From a virus (lineage: Duplodnaviria > Caudoviricetes): a stretch of DNA of 41,730 nt. The notes beneath the pieces were generated by a model, which searched no databases, was not told the DNA's origin, and saw only the letters and a list, made by a program, of their open reading frames with translations. Where the stretch lies: the IMG/VR virus record IMGVR_UViG_3300017644_000036, positions 1 through 41,730 of that record; one strand, 5' to 3'. This document shows, piece by piece, positions 1 to 8,030 of the stretch. The position numbers and the translations under genes are program-made. Positions within the stretch are counted from its first letter, which is position 1. Each line of letters starts with the position of its first letter.

Positions 1-37
1 CCCGCCCGGGGCGGCCGGACCCGGAGGAACCGCGACC

Positions 38-646
38 ATGAAGCTCACGACCATGACCCAGGTGACCCTCGACGGGGTGATGCAGGGCAACGGCGCCACG
101 TCCGACGACCGCAGGAACGGGTTCACGCGCGGCGGCTGGGCGCTCGGGGCCGGTGACGACGACACCCGCGACCTCATCACCCGGACCTACGAGCGCGCCG
201 ACGCGTTCCTGTTCGGACGGCGCACCTACGAGCTCTTCGCGGGCTCGTGGGGAGCGGTCGACGCCATGCGCGCCCACCCCATCGGCGTGGCCCTCGAACG
301 CGCGCCCAAGTACGTCGCCTCGACGACGCTCGAGAACCCGACCTGGCCCCGCACCACGGTGCTCCGCGGCGACCTCGCGGATGCCGTCCGCGAGCTCAAG
401 GCCGCGCCCGGCGGCGAGCTGCAGGTGCACGGGAGCGGCGTCCTGGTCCGGTGGCTGCTGGAGCACGACCTGGTCGACGAGCTCACGCTGCTCGTGGTCC
501 CGGTGGTCCTGGGCCAGGGGACCCGGCTGTTCCCCGACGACGGCCCCGACCGTGCGCTCGACCCCGTCGGCTCGCGGGTCGACTCGAAGGGCGTGACGAT
601 CCAGGTCTACCGGCCCGCCGGCCGCCCGCGCTACGCCCGCGCCTGA
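38..646 (+). CDS. Dihydrofolate reductase family (RibD C-terminal domain) protein, host
   Basis: TLDGVMQ, LFGRRTYE, KYVASTTL, GSGVLV, PVVLGQGTRLF motifs; GGAGG RBS upstream. Confidence 0.9.
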   Translation: MKLTTMTQVTLDGVMQGNGATSDDRRNGFTRGGWALGAGDDDTRDLITRTYERADAFLFGRRTYELFAGSWGAVDAMRAHPIGVALERAPKYVASTTLENPTWPRTTVLRGDLADAVRELKAAPGGELQVHGSGVLVRWLLEHDLVDELTLLVVPVVLGQGTRLFPDDGPDRALDPVGSRVDSKGVTIQVYRPAGRPRYARA

Positions 647-679
647 CCCGCCCCCACCCCGACTTCGACACCCGAGGAG

Positions 680-1012
680 ATGACACCGATGCAGTACCTG
701 GTTTCCGTGATCGACGACAAGGTCGACCCCGGCCGCGACGACCGCGAGCCCCTCATCAGCGCCTTCAACGAACGCCTCATCGCGGCGGGCCACTGGGTCT
801 TCGCGGGCGGCCTCGCCGACACCGACGCCGCGACCGTCGTCGACAACCGCGGCGAGCGGCCGCTGCTCACCGACGGGCCCTTCGTGGAGTCGAAGGAGTT
901 CCTCGCGGGCGTGTGGATCTGGGAGGCCCCGGACCTCGACGTCGCGCTCGAGCTCGCGACCGAGGCGTCGAAGGTCTGCGACCGGAAGATCGAGGTGCGG
1001 CCGTTCCTGTGA
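680..1012 (+). CDS. YciI/DGPF family protein, host
   Basis: TDGPFVESKEFLAG motif and C-terminal IEVRPF; start could be 689. Confidence 0.9.
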   Translation: MTPMQYLVSVIDDKVDPGRDDREPLISAFNERLIAAGHWVFAGGLADTDAATVVDNRGERPLLTDGPFVESKEFLAGVWIWEAPDLDVALELATEASKVCDRKIEVRPFL

Positions 1013-2262
1013 GCGATCTGCTCCCTGCCGCCGACGACGCCGCGGCGGCCGTCGCCCGGGCCCACCGCGCGGAGTGGGCCCGGCTGGTCGGCTCGCTCAC
1101 GCGGCGCTTCGGCGACCTCGACGTCGCCGAGGAGGCCGCCGCCGAGGCGTTCGCGGCCGCCGTCGTGCGGTGGCCGACCGACGGCGTCCCGCGCAACCCC
1201 GCCGCCTGGCTCACGACCGCCGCGCAGCGCAAGGCCGTCGACCGGATCCGGCGCGAGAGCAAGCGGGACGCGAGGCACCAGGAGGCCCGGATGCTGCAGG
1301 ACGACACGCCACCCGCACCGGTGGGCGTCGTCGACGACGACCGGCTCCGGCTGATCTTCACCTGCTGCCATCCGGCGCTCGCGATGCCGAGCCGCGTCGC
1401 GCTCACGCTGCGTCTGGTCGGCGGCCTGACGGTCCCCGAGATCGCCCGCGCCTTCCTCGCGCAGGAGCCCGCGATCGGGCAGCGCATCACGCGCGCCAAG
1501 GCCAAGATCCGGGCCGCCGGCATCCCGTACCGCGTGCCGTCCGCGGACGACCTGCCCGCCCGGGTGTCCGGCGTCCTCGCCGTGCTGTACCTGGTGTTCA
1601 ACGAGGGCTACCTGGCCAGCGGGCCGTCGACCGACCCGGTGCGGGAGGACCTCACGGCCGAGGCCATCCGGCTCGCTCGCCTGCTCCACGGCCTCCTGCC
1701 CGACGACGGCGAGGTGACCGGGCTCCTGGCGCTCATGCTGCTGACCGACGCGCGCCGTGCGGCGCGGATCCGGGAGGGCGAGCTCGTCGCGCTCGACGAG
1801 CAGGACCGCGCCGCCTGGGACCGGGCGATGGTCGCCGAGGGGCACCGGCTGGTCCGCGAGCGTCTCGTCGCCGCGGCCGCCGGGGCCGCCCCCGGCGAGT
1901 ACCAGATCCTCGCCGCGATCAACGCCGTGCACACCTCCGCGCGCGACGTGCGCGACACGGACTGGGCGCAGGTCGTGGCGCTCTACGACCAGCTCGTCCG
2001 GCTCGACCCCTCCCCTGTGGTCGCCCTCAACCGGGCTATCGCGGTGGCCGAGCTCGACGGCCCGGAGGTTGGCCTGGCGCTCGTCGACCGCCTCGGACCC
2101 GACCTGGGCGGGTACCACCCGTTCCACGCGACACGGGCGGACCTGCTGCGCCGCCTGGGCCGCGACGCCGAGGCCCGCGCAGCGTACGACCGCGCCGTCG
2201 CGCTCACCGGCAACGCGGCGGAAGCCGCAGCGCTGACCCGCCGCCGCGACCGCCTGACCTAG
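1009..2262 (+). CDS. ECF sigma-70 factor with C-terminal TPR-like extension (ECF42-like), host
   Basis: GTGA overlap with the YciI gene; DLDVAEEA, WPTDGVPRNPAAWL, DDRLRLIFTCCHPAL, LYLVFNEGY; DGPF-gene neighbour typical of ECF42. Confidence 0.88.
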   Translation: MSDLLPAADDAAAAVARAHRAEWARLVGSLTRRFGDLDVAEEAAAEAFAAAVVRWPTDGVPRNPAAWLTTAAQRKAVDRIRRESKRDARHQEARMLQDDTPPAPVGVVDDDRLRLIFTCCHPALAMPSRVALTLRLVGGLTVPEIARAFLAQEPAIGQRITRAKAKIRAAGIPYRVPSADDLPARVSGVLAVLYLVFNEGYLASGPSTDPVREDLTAEAIRLARLLHGLLPDDGEVTGLLALMLLTDARRAARIREGELVALDEQDRAAWDRAMVAEGHRLVRERLVAAAAGAAPGEYQILAAINAVHTSARDVRDTDWAQVVALYDQLVRLDPSPVVALNRAIAVAELDGPEVGLALVDRLGPDLGGYHPFHATRADLLRRLGRDAEARAAYDRAVALTGNAAEAAALTRRRDRLT

Positions 2263-2268
2263 CCGGCT

Positions 2269-2293
2269 GGTGCCCCCGGTGGGACTCGAACCC
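2269..2293. repeat. Left att core GGTGCCCCCGGTGGGACTCGAACCC (displaced tRNA 3' end)
   Basis: Identical to 40925-40949; covers the T-loop and acceptor 3' strand on the minus strand. Confidence 0.96.
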
Positions 2294-2400
2294 TACGGTA
2301 CGGAATCGTCTCACCAGCCCTAACGGCAGAATCATGCGAGGTCACAGCGCCGATCCGTCCCGATGGACCCCCGACTCGTCTAGGCTGATCTCGGCTCATT

Positions 2401-2414
2401 GTTGACTAGTCAAC
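2401..2414. promoter_or_regulatory. Perfect palindrome GTTGACTAGTCAAC, probable integrase arm-type site pair
   Basis: Lies between a TAGGCT -10-like hexamer (2381-2386) and the int RBS; GTTGAC recurs four times near attR. Confidence 0.55.
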
Positions 2415-2428
2415 GTCAGGAGAGACGC

Positions 2429-3589
2429 GTGGCGAGCATCCGGCGGCGCGACGGCGCCAAGGGCACCACCTGGGCCGTTCTGTTCCGACAGGGCGGCAAG
2501 CAGCGGTCGAGCACGTTCGACAACGAGGTCGCCGCGCTGCGGCATCTCGAGCGGATCGAGCGGTTCGGGGTGGATGCGGCCGAGCGGCTCCTCGACGCGG
2601 AGATGCGCTCCGACCCGGACCGCTCGCCCTCGGTCGCCGAGCTCGTCGACCGGCACATCGACGCGCTGTCGGGCGTGCAGTCCGACACGATCCGCACGTA
2701 CCGGCAGATGCAGAAGAAACTCGCCGCGACCCCACTCGGTCACCTGCCGATCGACGTCGTCGGACGCGAGGACATCGCGAAGTGGATCCGGGACCAGCAG
2801 GACGGCGAGGACGGGCTGTCAGCGAAGACCGTCCGGAACCGCCACGCGCTCGTCTCGGCCGCGCTGCGCCAGGCGGTCGACGACGGAATCCTCGACCGCA
2901 ACCCTGCCGAGCGCGCGAAGATCCGCCGCACCGAGCGCCGCGAGATGACGTTCCTGACGCCCACGGAGTTCCAGGTGGTGCTCGCCCGCGCGAACCCGCA
3001 CTACCGGCCGCTCCTCATGACGCTCTACGGGACCGGGCTGCGACTCGGGGAGGCAACGGCGCTGCGCATCTCCGACCTCGACCTCACCGCCAAGCCGCCG
3101 ACGCTCACCGTCGCGCGCGCGTGGAAGAACGACGGCGTGCTCGGAGCGCCGAAGACGCGCGCCGGGCGCCGAACCCTCTCGATCCCCAGCCCGGTCGTCG
3201 TCGAGCTCACGCGGATCATCGAGGGTCGCGCGCCCGACGAGCTCGTGTTCGTGAACCTCGCCGGCGGCCGGGTGCTGCAGGCGTCGTTGCACGACCTGTG
3301 GCAGCAGTGGATCCGGGACTACGACACCGACCACGCCACGGGCGAGCCGAAGCCCCGCAAGCCGAAGCTGGGGAAGGTCCCACGCATCCACGACCTGCGG
3401 CACTCGCACGCTTCCGTGATGATCGCGGCCGGCGTGAACCTGTTCGACCTCAAGCACCGTCTGGGGCACGAGTCGATCCAGACGACGGCGAACACCTACG
3501 GCCACCTCATGCCCGAGGCGCAGGTCCAGGCGGAGCGGGCGGCGTCGCTCGCGTTCGCCGTGGACGCACCGAAGCAGATCGAGGGCTGA
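2429..3589 (+). CDS. int: Tyrosine integrase
   Basis: TGLRLGE (R), PKT (K), HDLRH, LGHESIQTTANTYGH (Y); AGGAGA RBS before GTG 2429; next to att. Confidence 0.96.
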   Translation: MASIRRRDGAKGTTWAVLFRQGGKQRSSTFDNEVAALRHLERIERFGVDAAERLLDAEMRSDPDRSPSVAELVDRHIDALSGVQSDTIRTYRQMQKKLAATPLGHLPIDVVGREDIAKWIRDQQDGEDGLSAKTVRNRHALVSAALRQAVDDGILDRNPAERAKIRRTERREMTFLTPTEFQVVLARANPHYRPLLMTLYGTGLRLGEATALRISDLDLTAKPPTLTVARAWKNDGVLGAPKTRAGRRTLSIPSPVVVELTRIIEGRAPDELVFVNLAGGRVLQASLHDLWQQWIRDYDTDHATGEPKPRKPKLGKVPRIHDLRHSHASVMIAAGVNLFDLKHRLGHESIQTTANTYGHLMPEAQVQAERAASLAFAVDAPKQIEG

Positions 3590-3630
3590 GCGGATATCCG
3601 CACATCGGCCGCGAGACACGATATCGACAC

Positions 3631-3676
3631 ACAAGGGCCCCGTCTTGATCTGTGAAGATCAAGCCGGAGCCCTTGT
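3631..3676. terminator. Long hairpin between convergent int and immA-like genes
   Basis: ACAAGGGC..CTTGATCT-GTGA-AGATCAAG..GCCCTTGT inverted repeat. Confidence 0.7.
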
Positions 3677-3682
3677 TTGCGC

Positions 3683-4102
3683 TCACACCGCGCGTAGGTG
3701 CATCCGCGCCGGCGCCGCGCGACGGTCGCGCAGGATCTCCTGGTATGCCTCGATGACATAGCCGGCGACGTCGAGCTCGCGGGCCAGCGCGCCGACGTGC
3801 GCTGAGCCGACGACCCGCTCGGCGTAGGCGTAGTCGAGTGGGTCGACCAGGAGCTCGGCGGCGTACCGGTTCGCGCGTCGCTCGCGCATCGCGAGCACGT
3901 GCGGGTCGTCGGTCCACTCGTCAGCGTGCCGCCAGTGCCCGAGCTCGTGCGCGAGCGTCGATCGCTGCAGCACGCCGGACATGTTCACGTTGAGGATGAT
4001 GAGCCTTGCAGCGTGGCGGTACTCGCCACGCCGGCGGCCGAGCCGCCCGAGCTTCACGGCAACCCCGTTGCTCGCCGCGAAGTCCAGAAGGTCATCGATC
4101 AA
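3683..4102 (-). CDS. ImmA/IrrE-family metallopeptidase (putative anti-repressor protease)
   Basis: QRSTLAHELGH (HEXXH) and ERRANRYAAELL; TTG start overlaps the repressor stop. Confidence 0.88.
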   Translation of the reverse strand: MIDDLLDFAASNGVAVKLGRLGRRRGEYRHAARLIILNVNMSGVLQRSTLAHELGHWRHADEWTDDPHVLAMRERRANRYAAELLVDPLDYAYAERVVGSAHVGALARELDVAGYVIEAYQEILRDRRAAPARMHLRAV

Positions 4103-4497
4103 GGCTGGTCCTCTCGCCCCTCGTCCTCCGCTTGCCAGTCGCCGCCGTCGTCGGCTGCGTCCGGGACGCCGAACCCTCGCAGGTCGTCGTCTGACAAGAA
4201 CGTAGCCTCAGGCTCCGACGCGCGCGCGCGGAACGGTCGAACGTTCGGGAGCGTGCCGGCCCCGCGCGCAGCGCGGCGCTCCGCCTCGTCGAAGAGCTGC
4301 GTTCCGGTCATGTTGAGTGCCTGCGCCATCGCGATCGCGGCGGCGACCGGCAGCTCACGTGTTCCTGCTAGGTAACGCTGCACGGTCACCTTCGAGATGC
4401 CCGCCGCTTGGGCCAGTTGATCCTGAGTCACGCCGAGCACCTTGGCCTCCGCTCGGAGGACGGCAGCGACGGCGTCGTTAACCAGGGCGATATCCAT
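4099..4497 (-). CDS. XRE/HTH immunity repressor
   Basis: VTQDQLAQAAGISKVTVQRYLAGTR HTH; divergent from Cro-like gene; start placed at ATG 4497, 7 nt after CATGAT. Confidence 0.85.
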   Translation of the reverse strand: MDIALVNDAVAAVLRAEAKVLGVTQDQLAQAAGISKVTVQRYLAGTRELPVAAAIAMAQALNMTGTQLFDEAERRAARGAGTLPNVRPFRARASEPEATFLSDDDLRGFGVPDAADDGGDWQAEDEGREDQP

Positions 4498-4622
4498 GGT
4501 GGCAATCATGGCACCCAGATGGATGCAAATCCATCCGACAAGGACATGTATCACGCCGACAACTCACCCCTCCCTCAGGCTTGACGGTTGTCCGTACGGA
4601 TGTATGGTTGTCCGTATGGACA
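4498..4622. promoter_or_regulatory. Divergent immunity switch with promoters and palindromic operators
   Basis: TTGACG 4581-4586 and TATGGT 4603-4608 rightward; CATGAT (4510-4505) leftward; boxes TGTCCGTACGGATG 4589-4602 and TGTCCGTATGGACA 4609-4622. Confidence 0.75.
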
Positions 4623-4849
4623 CAACGACGCACGCAGTCGCGGCGGCCGTACGTGGACTCATGGCCGAGAAGAACGTCTCTGCTCTCGACATGAGCGAGC
4701 GGACCGGGATCCCGCGCACGACGCTCGGTCGCCGCCTCAAGGGGACCTCGTCCTTCACCGTCTTCGAGCTCGCGAGCATCGCCGACTCGCTCGGCGTCTC
4801 GATGGTCGAAGTCATCCAGCGGTCGTCAGCACTGACGCCCGCCGCCTGA
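4616..4849 (+). CDS. Cro-like HTH protein
   Basis: VSALDMSERTGIPRTTLGRRLKGTSSFTVFEL; divergent from the repressor. Confidence 0.85.
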   Translation: MDTTTHAVAAAVRGLMAEKNVSALDMSERTGIPRTTLGRRLKGTSSFTVFELASIADSLGVSMVEVIQRSSALTPAA

Positions 4850-4864
4850 CCCCAGGCACAGCAA

Positions 4865-4897
4865 TGCCCCCGTCATCCGCCAAGACGTCCGGGGGCA
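4865..4897 (+). terminator. Hairpin after cro (tR1-like position)
   Basis: TGCCCCCG / CGGGGGCA arms, no U-tract. Confidence 0.4.
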
Positions 4898-4919
4898 CCA
4901 CCAACACGAAGGAGTCTAC

Positions 4920-5252
4920 GTGCACACCCACCCGCCTGACGAGATCGACGCCGTCGCCGCCGACTGGCGACCGTCGCGCCGCGCCGACCGCGCGGCGATC
5001 CGCGCCGCGGTCACTGCCTGTGCTGCCGCGAACAAGGGCTACGTCCACATCGCCGACGTCCGCGAGCACCTGGCCGGCGACCTCAACGACCCCCATCAGC
5101 TCGGCGCGCAGATGACCGCGCTGGTCCGCGAGGGCCACCTGCGCTGGGTCGGGAAGTACCGCCCGAACGGCAACGGCAAGACCCGCAACGCCGAGCGCCC
5201 GGCCAAGCTCTACCGCCTCGTCAAGCCGCTCCCCCAGGAGGACGCCGCGTGA
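4920..5252 (+). CDS. Hypothetical phage protein (possible winged helix)
   Basis: AAGGAG RBS; GTGA coupling to next gene. Confidence 0.7.
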   Translation: MHTHPPDEIDAVAADWRPSRRADRAAIRAAVTACAAANKGYVHIADVREHLAGDLNDPHQLGAQMTALVREGHLRWVGKYRPNGNGKTRNAERPAKLYRLVKPLPQEDAA

Positions 5253-5515
5253 CCGCCCCGAAGCTCTACAGCGCCTCCGAGGTCGCCAAGATGCTCAGCA
5301 CCGACGGCGCCCGCGTCTCCGAGGCGGGCGTGCGCAAGGCGTTCGCCGACGGCCTCCTCCCGGGCCGGCGCCCGGGCCGGTTCCTCCGCTTCACGGACGC
5401 CGACGTCGAGATCTACCTCGAGCGCATCGCGGTCGACAACGCCCGCACCCACGCAGGACTCACCCCCGGCTCGCGACGTCGTCGTCGCACCGCCACGAAC
5501 GGAGCCACCCGATGA
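5249..5515 (+). CDS. Excisionase-like (HTH_17/MerR-type) DNA-binding protein
   Basis: LYSASEVAKML...GLLPGRRPGRFLRFTDADVEIYL pattern. Confidence 0.75.
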   Translation: MTAPKLYSASEVAKMLSTDGARVSEAGVRKAFADGLLPGRRPGRFLRFTDADVEIYLERIAVDNARTHAGLTPGSRRRRRTATNGATR

Positions 5516-5805
5516 ACCGCATCCTCCGCCGCCTCCGCGCGACGATCGTCCAGCCCGGCCCCGCTGGCCGGTCCCAGCTCGACGTGGCCGATCGCCCGCT
5601 CCCCGCGCGCCACGTCCGCCGGCCCGGTGTCCCTCGCACCTCCCGCCTGACCCCCGCCGAGCACCGCGCGGAGGTCGCACGCCTCGAGATGCTCGCCGCC
5701 CCGCTCACCGCGCGCGAGTGCCGCGCCGACGACCTGCCGTTCGACCGAGAGGCCGCGGAGCTCGCAGCCGCCGCCGAGCGCATCGCGAACGGGGAGGCGG
5801 CGTGA
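5512..5805 (+). CDS. Hypothetical phage protein
   Basis: ATGA overlap in a translationally coupled early operon. Confidence 0.6.
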   Translation: MNRILRRLRATIVQPGPAGRSQLDVADRPLPARHVRRPGVPRTSRLTPAEHRAEVARLEMLAAPLTARECRADDLPFDREAAELAAAAERIANGEAA

Positions 5806-6083
5806 TGCAGCACTTCCTCGGCCGCGAGGTCGTCGCCAAGTCCTCGCAGGGCGTCGAGGTGTCGCGAGGGAAGGCGGTCGCGTACATCGCGGAGCCGTCC
5901 TACCTGATCGACGCCGCCGACGGCACGCGCGTCTCCTGGCGCGCCGACATGGTCGAGCTCGTCATCGACGAGCAGGAGGTCGCGGTCCTGGCCGAGGAGC
6001 TCGCGAAGCTCGGCGTCGAGCACAGCGGCCACGTCGCCCGCGCGCTCGTAGTCGAGGGCTACGCGAAGGGCGGCGCCCGATGA
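5805..6083 (+). CDS. Hypothetical phage protein
   Basis: GGAGG RBS, TGATG overlap, high-GC codon pattern. Confidence 0.7.
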   Translation: MQHFLGREVVAKSSQGVEVSRGKAVAYIAEPSYLIDAADGTRVSWRADMVELVIDEQEVAVLAEELAKLGVEHSGHVARALVVEGYAKGGAR

Positions 6084-6394
6084 GCACCGTCCCGTTCAAC
6101 CAGGACCGCCGCCCCCCGCTCGTCCAGCCCGACTGGTCCACCGCGATGGAGGTCGCGCTCGAGATCGACGACGACGCCCGCTGGAAGGCCGCCGACCGCG
6201 GCATCCGGATCCTCGACTCCCACGTCAGCAGCGTCCGGGTCCGGGTCGTCGTCGACAGCGACGCGCAGATCCTCGCGCGGGACCTCATTGGCCGCGACGC
6301 GCAGCTCGCCGTGGTCGACGGCGACACCCGCCTCTTCCGGGGCCGCAAGGACGGCATCCACGTCGAGGTGCTCGGGCCGGTGAGCGCCCGATGA
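6080..6394 (+). CDS. Hypothetical phage protein
   Basis: ATGA overlaps at both ends. Confidence 0.7.
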   Translation: MSTVPFNQDRRPPLVQPDWSTAMEVALEIDDDARWKAADRGIRILDSHVSSVRVRVVVDSDAQILARDLIGRDAQLAVVDGDTRLFRGRKDGIHVEVLGPVSAR

Positions 6395-6573
6395 TCCGCC
6401 GCACGACGCTCGTCGACTCGATCGGCCGCCCCGCCTGGGTCCTCGGTCAGCGCACCGACTGCGCCCTCTGCGAGGGCACCGGCCGGGTCACCACGGGCCG
6501 CGAGTCCATCACCGTCACCTGCGGGCGCTGCCTCGGCGCCGGCTGGCACTACGAGCAGGAGGTCACCAGATGA
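6391..6573 (+). CDS. Small zinc-ribbon protein (CxxCxGxG x2)
   Basis: CALCEGTG and CGRCLGAG. Confidence 0.7.
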   Translation: MIRRTTLVDSIGRPAWVLGQRTDCALCEGTGRVTTGRESITVTCGRCLGAGWHYEQEVTR

Positions 6574-6785
6574 AGCGCCCCAGCATCGCGTCCCGTTCCG
6601 ACCGGTACGCCCACGCGTTCCTTCTGCTGCTCGAGGGCTACTCGTACCGGCTCGCCGCGAAGATCGCCCGCTGCTCCCGGACCGCGCTCGCCAAGGCGTT
6701 CCCCGGGCTCGGGCTCACGCAGGCCGACGGCGGCCAGATGACCGCGGCGCTCGTCCGGGCGCGCAGGGCGGGGGTGGCCCTGTGA
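6570..6785 (+). CDS. Small HTH-like protein
   Basis: LLEGYSYRLAAKIARCSRTALAKAFPG. Confidence 0.65.
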   Translation: MKRPSIASRSDRYAHAFLLLLEGYSYRLAAKIARCSRTALAKAFPGLGLTQADGGQMTAALVRARRAGVAL

Positions 6786-7027
6786 TCGGCCAGTTCATCA
6801 CTGACCACGCCGCCGCGTGCTCCGCCGGCGCTGTCGTCCTCGCCGTCGTCGGGGTGGCCGTCGCGCTCGCCCTCATCGCACCCGACCGTCTCGAGCGCCT
6901 GCACGGAGACGACCCCTTCGAGGTCGAGCTGCCCGGCGAGTGCTTCTCGTGCGCGACTGCCGTCGGGTTCCACGACGCCTGCGAGGGCTCGTGGTGCACC
7001 TGCTGCGGGACGGAGGCGGACCTGTGA
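6782..7027 (+). CDS. Small membrane-anchored Cys-rich protein
   Basis: One hydrophobic helix, then CxxC, H, C and CTCC. Confidence 0.6.
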   Translation: MIGQFITDHAAACSAGAVVLAVVGVAVALALIAPDRLERLHGDDPFEVELPGECFSCATAVGFHDACEGSWCTCCGTEADL

Positions 7028-7155
7028 CCGCCGACGCCTGGTCCGACGAGCGCGAGGAGGACCGCGACGCGCAGGCCGACGCCTACGACGACCGGCCCAC
7101 CGCCTACGAGATCGAGCTCGAGGAGTACCACGCGACCGGGAGGTGGCCGGCATGA
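7024..7155 (+). CDS. Small acidic hypothetical protein
   Basis: GGAGG RBS; GTGA and ATGA overlaps. Confidence 0.55.
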   Translation: MTADAWSDEREEDRDAQADAYDDRPTAYEIELEEYHATGRWPA

Positions 7156-8030
7156 GCGGCTTCGACCCGGGCTCCACCGCGTGGGGCCGCATCGTCACCG
7201 CTTCGAAGGTCGGCGCGATCCTCGGCCTGTCCCCCTGGTCCTCGCCTTACCAGGTCTGGCGCGAGATGCACGGCGACGTCGAGCGCGACACGACGACGTC
7301 GCCCGTGCAGCGCCGCGGGCAGATCCTCGAGCCCGCCGTCCTGACGTGGTGGCTCGACCAGCACCCCGAGGTCGATGACGTCGACACCCAGTGCCTGGTG
7401 TGGATCGACACCCACCCCGACCAGTGGGGCGCAGCGACGCTCGACGCGCTCGCCAGCACCGCGGACGGCGATCTGGTCGTCGAGGTCAAGACGGCCTCGC
7501 GCTGGGACGAGTGGGGCGAGGAGGGGACAGACCAGATCCCCGCGCACTACTACGCGCAGGTCGTCTGGCAGCTTGCGTGCGCTCCGTGGGCACGTGAGGC
7601 GCGGGTCGCCGTGCTGGGCCCGTTCCTCGACTTCCGCGAGTACGTCATCCCCCGGGACGAGGAGCTCGTCGCCGACGTCGTGAAGCGGTGCCGGGAGTTC
7701 TACGACTCGCTCACCGACGACGTCCCGCCGCCGCTCGACGACTCGGTCGCCACCCTTGCCACGCTGCGCGCCGAGCACCCCGAGATCGCGCGGGGCACGT
7801 CGAAGGACATCGAGGCGGAGACCGCGCGGGCGTGGCTCGTCGCCAAGACGGACCTGGCCGCCGCGGACCGTCACGAGCGCGGCCTGCGCTCGCTCGTCCT
7901 GCGCGCCATGGGCGACGCCCAGTACCTCACCGCCGCCGGGGTCCGCGTGGCCCGCCGGCAGGCATCCCGCAACACGGTCGCCCTCGTCGCGACCGCAACC
8001 GCCGACGAACTCCCCACGGAGGAAGCATGA
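7152..8030 (+). CDS. YqaJ-like (RecE/lambda-exo type) exonuclease
   Basis: ASKVGAILGLSPWSSPYQVW, GQILEPAV, ATLD, VEVKT, IPAHYYAQV. Confidence 0.92.
   Translation: MSGFDPGSTAWGRIVTASKVGAILGLSPWSSPYQVWREMHGDVERDTTTSPVQRRGQILEPAVLTWWLDQHPEVDDVDTQCLVWIDTHPDQWGAATLDALASTADGDLVVEVKTASRWDEWGEEGTDQIPAHYYAQVVWQLACAPWAREARVAVLGPFLDFREYVIPRDEELVADVVKRCREFYDSLTDDVPPPLDDSVATLATLRAEHPEIARGTSKDIEAETARAWLVAKTDLAAADRHERGLRSLVLRAMGDAQYLTAAGVRVARRQASRNTVALVATATADELPTEEA

Noticed and set aside
247-1008. 671-aa ORF starting at 247
   Set aside because: The N-terminal part is an Arg-rich off-frame read over two real genes; the sigma factor starts at GTG 1009
3590-3601. Palindrome GCGGATATCCGC right after the integrase stop
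   Set aside because: Single occurrence with no matching sites noticed elsewhere; may be chance
4231-4248. GAAC/GTTC sequences resembling a LexA box (also near 16504-16520)
   Set aside because: Spacing does not match CGAAC-N4-GTTCG and both lie inside coding sequence
4519-4540. TGTCGG on the minus strand upstream of the repressor
   Set aside because: The hexamer 10 nt downstream is ATCCAT, not TANNNT, so not called a PafBC promoter
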